IMG/VR virus record: IMGVR_UViG_3300034062_006900
Span: 1-64,000 of that record
Strand: one strand, 5' to 3'
DNA from: a virus
DNA: 64,000 nucleotides
In this document: one piece after another, positions 56,406 through 64,000 of the stretch
How positions within the stretch are numbered: the first letter of the stretch is position 1
How the letters are laid out: each line of letters starts with the position of its first letter
Made by a program: the position numbers and the translations under genes
The notes under the pieces: generated by a model
What the model was told of the DNA's origin: nothing
The model's database searches: none
The model's input: only the letters and a program-made list of their open reading frames with translations

Positions 56406-57255
56406 TTAAATTTTTAACTAGGTTATTTATTTTTTCTTGTATATCTGAAATATAATCAATTTTTCGGTTTTGTTCAAGTATACCCAAATGTTCTAACAAA
56501 GATTCAAAATTTAACTTTGTTAAAGTATCGGAGAACTGTGTCACAAAATCTTTGGACTTTTTGAGTTTCTTTTCTCTTAAAAAGACTAATCTGAACAATG
56601 TTGTCAATCTCATGATTTCTTCTTCAGACCATCCCCCATCAGTAAGATTATCAGTGTAAACATGTGAATCAGCAGAATTATATATCTGAATACCACTTGC
56701 TATAACATCATTAGTGAATGCCAAATAAAACGCCACCTTATTATAATTTTTAGTCTTTGTTTCTTTTTTATCTATCAAATAAAAAAGTAATCCATTTCTA
56801 TTATATCTTCTGAAAACATCAGGGTCATTTTTTGAAGCCGTGCACCATTTTGTTTGAGCACCATATCTTAAGGAACCTCTGTGTGTTAATGGTTGTAAGA
56901 GTAAAAATTCTTCATTTTCCATGTAAACCGTTGCATGTTCTTCTCTAACGAATGTTTTTTCTTCTTTCACTTCTTCGGCTCGTGCGATTACAAGTTTAAG
57001 ATAAGAAACATCTGTAAATTCTTTTGCATAGATGTCTTTGTTTGGAATATATGATAACAATTGGTCGAACTGCAATACGAGACTAATAAGTCCTTGAGTT
57101 GTGTTCGGACAAGAATTTTGACTTCTCGAAACCCATGATTTTAGGAGATATTCCAAATATTTTTTGGTTGGAGTTTTGTCAGCCTCAACGAACTTATTAA
57201 AAGTTGCTAATGATATCGTTGAATACTTTGACCTTAACTCATCTACTTTTGACAT
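56374..57255 (-). CDS. TKWC-motif domain protein
   Basis: SLRYGAQTKWCTAS...FRRY...GLLFYLIDK...KVA; promoter at 57275-57306. Confidence 0.75.
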   Translation of the reverse strand: MSKVDELRSKYSTISLATFNKFVEADKTPTKKYLEYLLKSWVSRSQNSCPNTTQGLISLVLQFDQLLSYIPNKDIYAKEFTDVSYLKLVIARAEEVKEEKTFVREEHATVYMENEEFLLLQPLTHRGSLRYGAQTKWCTASKNDPDVFRRYNRNGLLFYLIDKKETKTKNYNKVAFYLAFTNDVIASGIQIYNSADSHVYTDNLTDGGWSEEEIMRLTTLFRLVFLREKKLKKSKDFVTQFSDTLTKLNFESLLEHLGILEQNRKIDYISDIQEKINNLVKNLNDARFTTAKN

Positions 57256-57299
57256 ACTAATACATTTTGAAGACCAAAGGTAAGATAAAAAAATCTTTT

Positions 57300-58136
57300 C
57301 TACAAATATTTTTTCATGTCCATTTCTAAAACTGTATCCATAATATCTTTCGGAACTCTATATTCATCATAAGAAGTATCATCTTTTAAATGAGAAATAA
57401 TACATCCATACAATTTGATGTTTTCGTATTTTGTTCCTTGTAGCATTTTGATTAACAATTTTGCATACAATGGAAGTTGAAGATAGTAGTGACCTAATGC
57501 AGTGTTAGGATATTTTTCAAAAGGTTTATACATCCTTTCAGTATACCTTGTCTCTTCAAAGTTTTTTGGTTTGTTGGTTTTCCAATCCGTAACAAGTAAT
57601 CCAAATTCATCTCCTGTTTTATTCAAGGTTAACCAAATTTTATCTGGTTGTCCTGTATATCCCAACTCAGGGTCTCCCAAAACCATCTCCGTATCAAGTA
57701 ATACAACTTTTCTTGATTCCATTAAATCGAGGTATCTTCTACCTGCAGAAATCATGTTATCACTTTTCATAAGTTGGGTTAAGTCACATTCGAAAACAGG
57801 TTGTCTAACTTCTTTGTAACCACCGTATTTGTCAATTAGAACTTTCTCCAAAACATAGTGAACCCTACTACCTAAGTTTGTTGAGTAGTCACCAGCTGCC
57901 GCCCACTCTTCAATTAATTGTTGTTGTTTTTCAGGGTCACCACCTGCTTTATTATATGCCGCTTCCTCAGTTGGGAAGGGTTTATAGAACTTCTTCAATA
58001 CTTTGGATACAGATGGATAGTCTTTCCTTCCATTCATAGTATAAATGTGTTTGTCTTCTTCGAACGTTAGACCGAGAGACTTTTGTTTTTGAGAGATAAT
58101 CTCCCTTATTTCTTGTGAAATCTTTATTAAATCCAT
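57300..58136 (-). CDS. PD-(D/E)XK exonuclease
   Basis: H.Y, SVS, GSRVH..LE, GQPD, DWKT, Y.LQL..Y. Confidence 0.85.
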   Translation of the reverse strand: MDLIKISQEIREIISQKQKSLGLTFEEDKHIYTMNGRKDYPSVSKVLKKFYKPFPTEEAAYNKAGGDPEKQQQLIEEWAAAGDYSTNLGSRVHYVLEKVLIDKYGGYKEVRQPVFECDLTQLMKSDNMISAGRRYLDLMESRKVVLLDTEMVLGDPELGYTGQPDKIWLTLNKTGDEFGLLVTDWKTNKPKNFEETRYTERMYKPFEKYPNTALGHYYLQLPLYAKLLIKMLQGTKYENIKLYGCIISHLKDDTSYDEYRVPKDIMDTVLEMDMKKYL

Positions 58137-58137
58137 G

Positions 58138-59052
58138 TTACTTTATTTCGTGGTAATACTCGTCAATTTGACCTTTCAAGTCACAAATATCCTTATCTTT
58201 TGGCAATTTAACAATTTTAATTTTGTTATATAACCTACCCCCATTCAATTCGTTATATATTTTAACCCCATCATCCCATGCATCCCCGTCACAACACACA
58301 ACAATACTAGCGTTTGCTCGTAGGTATAAATTCTCGAATATCAATTTACTCATCTTCTTACCTAACATAACCAATGGATTATCAAGAAAGAATGAATCAA
58401 ATGCCCCTTCCACCAAGTATATATCCTTATCCCAATCAATTAGACCTTCATTGAAGATTATCTCGTCTTTTGGAACTGAGGGGTTTTTATACTTCATTTT
58501 TTTGGGTGTCCACGCTCTTGCAACATAATAGTTTAGTTGACCTTCAGAGTTGAAGGATGGGACGATAATTCTGTAGGCAAAGTCTCCTTTAACAGTGTAA
58601 CCTATCTTATATTTTTTGATTATTTCATCGGTGATACCTCTACTAATAAGGTATTTGTATGCTTCAATGTGAGGAATGAATCTTGGGTTTGAGTCTTCAA
58701 ATGTTGTATAACCTTCAGGTAGACGTAACCAAACCTTTTTCTTTTCCTCTTGTTTGAGTTCTTCAGGTTTAATTAGTTCATAAACCTTCTTTTGCTTTTT
58801 GGTTCCGAACTTGTCGAATAATTTACCAAGTGGTCCGTGAGTTCCGAGTGTTTCTCCACAAGCCCAACACTTGTATACGTGACGTGAATAGTTGATTTCA
58901 AGGTTACCCTTACCATCTCCGTTTTCGAGACCCTTCTCAGCAGCACAAACAGGACAGTCAAAAGATATCTGACCCTTTGATTCATAATGCTGGTGTGGAG
59001 CTCCTAAAACATCCGACAACAATTCTACCAATACCTCAACTTCATCTATCAT
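58138..59052 (-). CDS. DNA primase (zinc finger plus TOPRIM)
   Basis: CPVC...CWAC, YL.SRGI, RIIVP, YKNP, VEGAFD, CCDGD, KDI. Confidence 0.9.
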   Translation of the reverse strand: MIDEVEVLVELLSDVLGAPHQHYESKGQISFDCPVCAAEKGLENGDGKGNLEINYSRHVYKCWACGETLGTHGPLGKLFDKFGTKKQKKVYELIKPEELKQEEKKKVWLRLPEGYTTFEDSNPRFIPHIEAYKYLISRGITDEIIKKYKIGYTVKGDFAYRIIVPSFNSEGQLNYYVARAWTPKKMKYKNPSVPKDEIIFNEGLIDWDKDIYLVEGAFDSFFLDNPLVMLGKKMSKLIFENLYLRANASIVVCCDGDAWDDGVKIYNELNGGRLYNKIKIVKLPKDKDICDLKGQIDEYYHEIK

Positions 59053-59069
59053 ATTACAAATATAATAAA

Positions 59070-59243
59070 TTATTCTGTATTGTCATCTTTCAAGTCTTCA
59101 GGGTCTGTTGCAATAACATTACGTCTCCACCACTTTTTGATAGGGTGTGATTCATCAAAGTTTTTTTCGATGATACCCGCAACTAAAATGAATAAAGCAG
59201 TGAAACCCAACAAGAAAAAATATATGTAAGCAAATATTTTCAT
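59070..59243 (-). CDS. small membrane protein (57 aa)
   Basis: Manual translation MKIFAYIYFFLLGFTALFILVAGIIEKNFDESHPIKKWWRRNVIATDPEDLKDDNTE. Confidence 0.55.
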   Translation of the reverse strand: MKIFAYIYFFLLGFTALFILVAGIIEKNFDESHPIKKWWRRNVIATDPEDLKDDNTE

Positions 59244-59244
59244 A

Positions 59245-59610
59245 TTAAATCCATTTTGTCTTTTTTATTTGAGAGTAGTCTTCAAGTTTAACACCAAAGT
59301 AATTTAAATACATTTTAACTTCAGATAGACACATTTTTTTGATAAATCGGTTGATTTTAACTTTGGAAACTCTCTTTCCTTTATCAGATAGAAGTGATGA
59401 ATCGAACCATTCTAATTTTCCCCAACTTACTCTTGCATGTATTTTACCAGTAAACTCGATATCAATTTCTTCACTATGAGTATATTTTCTGTATCCTACA
59501 ACCTTAACAGAGCCTTTTATTTTGTCTGTGTTGAGGGTTATTGAACCATACTTTGGCATCAACTTTTTTAAACCTTTTGTTGTCTCATTTTGAATTACGT
59601 ATCTTCCCAT
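59245..59610 (-). CDS. hypothetical protein
   Basis: ORF; promoter at 59618-59649. Confidence 0.7.
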   Translation of the reverse strand: MGRYVIQNETTKGLKKLMPKYGSITLNTDKIKGSVKVVGYRKYTHSEEIDIEFTGKIHARVSWGKLEWFDSSLLSDKGKRVSKVKINRFIKKMCLSEVKMYLNYFGVKLEDYSQIKKTKWI

Positions 59611-59641
59611 ATTGGGACAAAGATACTACGTTAATATTAAA

Positions 59642-60247
59642 CTACCAAATTTCTTTTGACTTCATAAAACCAAGTGCAGCACAATAAGCATCGGTTTGGT
59701 CGTAGTTTTCCTTCTTTAAGGTATTGTTCTTGGTATATTGCCAAGTAATCTGAGGTTCTCGTTTAGCAACCAATTCCCATATTACAACTTTCTTATCTAT
59801 GTCTTTCGGGAATCCACCAAAAAGAACAAACTTATCACTGGTGTTCTTTTGAACTAAATGTGGGAATGCAAATTTTCTTGAATTGTATGTTGAGATAAAC
59901 TCAGGGATAACACCCAAAACTTCATAAACCTCTTTACAGATTAATGTGTTATATCTCATTAAGGTTCCGACTGTGTATACGTTGTTTGAGTTAAGAAGTG
60001 GTTCTTCTATCACAACTGTCTTAATTCCAAGTCCAACATATGCCTCGAGTTTGTTTCTGAAGACATTACTTTTTAACATTAATTCTTCAATCTTACTGTC
60101 AGTAGTTGGTTTAGGTCTTGGTGAGATATGAGTTAATTCTAATAAATTCTTTGATTCAATATCAAATAATGCCCAACCAATAGTTTTGGTGCTAATGTCT
60201 AATCCAAGAACCTTGGGTGAATCTTCGTTTAATTCTTTGTTTGCCAT
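59642..60247 (-). CDS. RuvC-like Holliday junction resolvase
   Basis: VLGLDISTKTIGW, VIEE, DQTDAY. Confidence 0.8.
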   Translation of the reverse strand: MANKELNEDSPKVLGLDISTKTIGWALFDIESKNLLELTHISPRPKPTTDSKIEELMLKSNVFRNKLEAYVGLGIKTVVIEEPLLNSNNVYTVGTLMRYNTLICKEVYEVLGVIPEFISTYNSRKFAFPHLVQKNTSDKFVLFGGFPKDIDKKVVIWELVAKREPQITWQYTKNNTLKKENYDQTDAYCAALGFMKSKEIW

Positions 60248-60330
60248 AATTGGAAATACGGTTCGGCAATTTTATGCCACAACACTGCCTGTAATCTTAC
60301 GTCAATAATTGAATTTGTAAAGTTCAGCAA

Positions 60331-62538
60331 TTAAAAATCAAGTTTCACCACATACTGTTGAATACCTTGTCTGAGCTCAGGTGATTGTAATTTAGATACT
60401 ACAATCAAATCTTTGTTCTCATCGAATAAACCAATCTCAGTAACATAAGATGTTGTTCCCGAAGTCCAAGTTGGGTTAGATGTGTTTGTAAATTGGTTTC
60501 TTCCCAAGTTAATAAGGTATTTCATCTCATAGATAGTTGCACTGATATCAGTTTCAATGTTACCATAAAAATAATACTCATCACCGAAGTTTAATACCTC
60601 AGGTTGAGCATTTGTAGGTAAATCTATATAGTCATTCAAATTGTATGGATAGGTTGCAGTATTATACATGTCAGGGTCAATTTGGAATGTTGTTCCTGTT
60701 AAACCACTCAATGTAATAAACCCATTCACTGTTGTAGCACTGATATCTGAGGTTACATCACTAATTCTCCAATTGGATGAAACTGGTCTTGTATCACCTG
60801 TAACAATTTGGTAAATCAACTGTAATGAGTTAGCACAAAATCCACTCAAATTAGTTGAGCTGAAGTTATCATTCAAGAACGGAAACTCGTCACCAAATCT
60901 TACAGATACGTTAACCGTGTTAGCCGATACAGTATTTGGTGCCTGAAGGACTGTATAATAATTACAATGTAATGACTCTGTGAAGGCAGTCGAACCAAAT
61001 CTATAAGAAACCCAAATTCTTTCTTCAGGGTTTGTTAAAAGTCCCGTAGATGTAGTATTTGTGAAACAAGTATTAGGCGTTAACGTTGCAACCTTAGGTG
61101 CTGGCAATGTCCAGTTTCTATTTGACTTATAAGATAAAGCAGCAACTACTTCTTCATCATCAATAATAACAATTTCTTGGTCAGGGAACACTTTACCAAT
61201 TCTATTTAAGTTTCCGTTAGAATCAGGATTTGTATCCCATAAATGATAGTATCTGATACCAGGGTCATTCATGTCAAGATTTCTTGTTGACTTAATATAG
61301 TATGGTGTGCATAAATCATAGTTTGGTGGGTCAATAAAGAATGTTTCACCGATTGTGTTTCCTGTTGATTTGTGCCACATCAATGTTGGAATAGACAATT
61401 TAAAGTGTCTTGCCAATCCTATACTGTTTGTTGGGTTTTGAGGGTCAAAAGGAACTGTTGCAAATTTTTCACCATAAACATGGTCAATGTCTTGATTCGT
61501 GTAGTGAATTATTGCAATTGCCTTTTGGTCTCTTGGATAGACAATAACTTTTTCATCAAAAGAATTATAATAATAAACCTCACTTGTATCTGTTTGACCT
61601 GTCGCCTCTTGATATCCCAAATATTCTTTTGTTCCGATATAGGTTACCGAACCATAATTAGGATATCCTTCATAAGTATTTGGTAATAAACCTGCAGGAT
61701 TTTCACTCCAAGGAATATTCATGTTCCAAATTAAAGTATTTTCTCTGTTCTGAATATCACAAGGTGTTTCAAAGTTCAACGCGTCTGTTTCCCAATAAGG
61801 TGCTGGTGTAATGAAATCATATAACACAGTCATTCCTGACGGATATATTAAAGTCCTACCATATTGTCCACTCAAGGAATATGGTGTATAGTCCGGTATC
61901 TCTCTATCAACAGTAACTATCCAAGGTGTTTGACCTGTTGTTCCTGTTAATGGTGATAATCCCTGAACTTTATATGTGAGTATTGGGTTAGTATTTACTT
62001 GCCCACCAGCTCCAAGTCCATCGACAAATATTGTAATAAAATCACCTACTGAAGGAGTTCCTGATGTTGGGCTAATTGGGTCTAAAATTAAATTAAGTTG
62101 TGTTCCTCCTGTCAGAGTATCTAATTCTACGAAATAATTCGATGTAATTGTGTAAGCTGAAGACGTTTGAGCAGTCCAACTATTATTGGTATTTCCCGTA
62201 AAAAATCCTTTTGGTCCTGCAGAGTTATAAACTTCCTCTACCGAACTATCCATAAAAGGAATTCCATAAGTGCTTCCCTGACCTCCACTAACATAATAAG
62301 GGTATTTTACGTTCTGTTTGTTTGATTCAGGAAATCCTGTATCATTCTGAGCATTAAATGCTGGCATCAAGATATTATTGTTCACTTGATTATAATTCGG
62401 CACCGCTGAATAGTTTACTTCACTATCTCCAATTTGGAAGTAAGAGATATTAAAATTCCCTTGTGAAATGTTTCTCCTTCCAACGTCAGTTAATCTTGTG
62501 TTAACTAAACCCGAAGTATTTTTTATGATATATGCCAT
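60331..62538 (-). CDS. tail/baseplate structural protein
   Basis: LTDVGRR..F...DSEVNY N-terminus; VTEIGLFDENKDLIVVSKL..P C-terminus; TATTTAT upstream. Confidence 0.7.
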   Translation of the reverse strand: MAYIIKNTSGLVNTRLTDVGRRNISQGNFNISYFQIGDSEVNYSAVPNYNQVNNNILMPAFNAQNDTGFPESNKQNVKYPYYVSGGQGSTYGIPFMDSSVEEVYNSAGPKGFFTGNTNNSWTAQTSSAYTITSNYFVELDTLTGGTQLNLILDPISPTSGTPSVGDFITIFVDGLGAGGQVNTNPILTYKVQGLSPLTGTTGQTPWIVTVDREIPDYTPYSLSGQYGRTLIYPSGMTVLYDFITPAPYWETDALNFETPCDIQNRENTLIWNMNIPWSENPAGLLPNTYEGYPNYGSVTYIGTKEYLGYQEATGQTDTSEVYYYNSFDEKVIVYPRDQKAIAIIHYTNQDIDHVYGEKFATVPFDPQNPTNSIGLARHFKLSIPTLMWHKSTGNTIGETFFIDPPNYDLCTPYYIKSTRNLDMNDPGIRYYHLWDTNPDSNGNLNRIGKVFPDQEIVIIDDEEVVAALSYKSNRNWTLPAPKVATLTPNTCFTNTTSTGLLTNPEERIWVSYRFGSTAFTESLHCNYYTVLQAPNTVSANTVNVSVRFGDEFPFLNDNFSSTNLSGFCANSLQLIYQIVTGDTRPVSSNWRISDVTSDISATTVNGFITLSGLTGTTFQIDPDMYNTATYPYNLNDYIDLPTNAQPEVLNFGDEYYFYGNIETDISATIYEMKYLINLGRNQFTNTSNPTWTSGTTSYVTEIGLFDENKDLIVVSKLQSPELRQGIQQYVVKLDF

Positions 62539-62568
62539 TGGTTATAAATATTCTTTTTTTTATTTCTC

Positions 62569-64000
62569 TTACGAAGCAAGGGTTGTGTATAAAACTTTAT
62601 AGGTTGCACCTGTCTCATTAAAGTTTTGTGGGGTTGCAAATACCACAGGAACTTCATACACTGAATCAGGGTAGAAAAATGAATTTAACGTTTCAGAACC
62701 TACTTCAATTCCATTTTTATAGATTATTATCGTCACTGATTGATTACCAGAGTTGTTAACAGAGAAGTTAGCAACGTATGTTTTGATAGGAGTAGTGTAG
62801 AAAGTTGGTATTGTAAATATTTTAGTTCTAACAGAACCATTATTCAGCAACGGAGTATCTTCGTCTGACATCCTAATGTTCAAATTACATCCTGTAGGAT
62901 AAACATCAGAGCAAACAATTCCCGCAACATAAACAGGATTGTTAACAAACACCCCAACGGATGGATTTATTTGCCACTCGAATGTCATTGTTTGTTCTTG
63001 TGATTGTGCTATTAGTGTTTGATTTGAAATTCCTTGTGAAGTTTGAATCATATTAACTGAACAACAACTACATCCGTCGATAATAGCAGATACAGGAACT
63101 ATTGATACGGATTGAACTCCAGTTGCTACGCAACCATTAGCTGTCGCATAGTTTAATGGTGTAATCACTGATGTTGTTTGTCCTGAAATTATATCTGTAG
63201 GTGATACTGTGACAGTAATAGTTTCTGTGTAAGTTGTCTGTTGTGTCTGGTTAGGTGAACAATTTGGTCTATCAATCAACCGAACGACAGGAGTTGATGA
63301 AGTTGGCGAAATTAATACTCCATTATCATAAAAATTATTTGTTGCAGATATTATGAATGTAGAAGCTGGTATATTATTGTAGAATGGTCCTTCAATTTTT
63401 TGAACTACATTAGCATTCAAACTTATTGTTGCGGTTGTTCCTTGAGGTAATGGTGGATTAATACCAAGAGTCCATGAGAATATTTGAGTCGTAGCGTTTA
63501 ACTGTTGTATTCCAACTACTTGAATTGATACATCATGGTTAATAGGATTATTATTAACCTGTAATTGAAGTATCTGAGATACTATTTGTCCATTACTATC
63601 TTTAGTGAACACTGTAAATTGTCCTGCACAAAGACCGTTGAAGATATTAGATTGTTGATAGTTTATACCATCAATAGAATATGAATATGGACCAACTCCA
63701 CCTGTAGTTGGTAATATAATTGAACCATTGCATGGTCCTGATGAACATCCTGTATTTGTCACTTGAGCATTTGATATTAAAGGTAATGATGTTGGGCAAT
63801 TTCCTTGACTTGCACTAACGATAAGTTGATTTGAATTAGTTCCAGCAATACTCCAAGAAGATAATGGTATTAAAGCTTGTGAATAGCTCACAGGAATTCC
63901 ACCACCTGTAAATCCGTCAATTTGCCATCTATTGATATTGTTACTGTTGTTCCAATACATTGTAAGTCCGTTCGCAGAACTTGTCCACTTATATCTACCA
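62569..64000 (-). CDS. beta-rich structural protein with SprB-like repeat (5' end outside window)
   Basis: C..GSI....TGGVGPYSYSIDG..Q..N.F.GL.AG pattern; T/S/N-rich. Confidence 0.7.
   Translation of the reverse strand, partial: GRYKWTSSANGLTMYWNNSNNINRWQIDGFTGGGIPVSYSQALIPLSSWSIAGTNSNQLIVSASQGNCPTSLPLISNAQVTNTGCSSGPCNGSIILPTTGGVGPYSYSIDGINYQQSNIFNGLCAGQFTVFTKDSNGQIVSQILQLQVNNNPINHDVSIQVVGIQQLNATTQIFSWTLGINPPLPQGTTATISLNANVVQKIEGPFYNNIPASTFIISATNNFYDNGVLISPTSSTPVVRLIDRPNCSPNQTQQTTYTETITVTVSPTDIISGQTTSVITPLNYATANGCVATGVQSVSIVPVSAIIDGCSCCSVNMIQTSQGISNQTLIAQSQEQTMTFEWQINPSVGVFVNNPVYVAGIVCSDVYPTGCNLNIRMSDEDTPLLNNGSVRTKIFTIPTFYTTPIKTYVANFSVNNSGNQSVTIIIYKNGIEVGSETLNSFFYPDSVYEVPVVFATPQNFNETGATYKVLYTTLAS

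Noticed and set aside
57300-58136. Cas4 / CRISPR association
   Set aside because: Lacks the Fe-S cysteines and sits beside primase; a generic phage PD-(D/E)XK nuclease.
1-64000. Alternative genetic code (stop reassignment)
   Set aside because: Genes are intact and tightly packed under the standard code; TAA, TAG and TGA all terminate recognisable proteins.

Overview
AT-rich, gene-dense segment, mostly on the minus strand, that reads as part of a jumbo/huge tailed phage genome. A Bacteroidota host is indicated by at least 10 TTTG-N19-20-TAnnTTTG promoters, a short Bacteroidota-type sigma-70 and an Hc1-like protein. Contents: (i) a stable-RNA island (4.5-6.07 kb) with tRNA-Met(CAT), an ~810-nt highly structured GOLLD-like ncRNA and three tandem promoter/leader units; (ii) auxiliary genes (2OG-Fe oxygenase, Nudix, PduO, DHH, Dps, Trx, Grx, DnaJ, PspC); (iii) a rearranged sulfation locus (APS kinase, minimal HxGH nucleotidyltransferase, two sulfotransferases, an Rmt2/GAMT-like methyltransferase fused to DUF3310); (iv) three tandem collagen-like fibre genes with S74 chaperones that share a 13-Gly-unit super-period; (v) putative virion-internal proteins sharing a TATTTAT promoter and an N-terminal I/L-x-E leader; (vi) lysis-like genes, a sigma factor and a cassette island of nucleases and methylases; (vii) Rad50/Mre11, PD-(D/E)XK nuclease, primase, RuvC-like resolvase and tail/baseplate genes. 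All calls come from motif recognition by eye; no searches were run.
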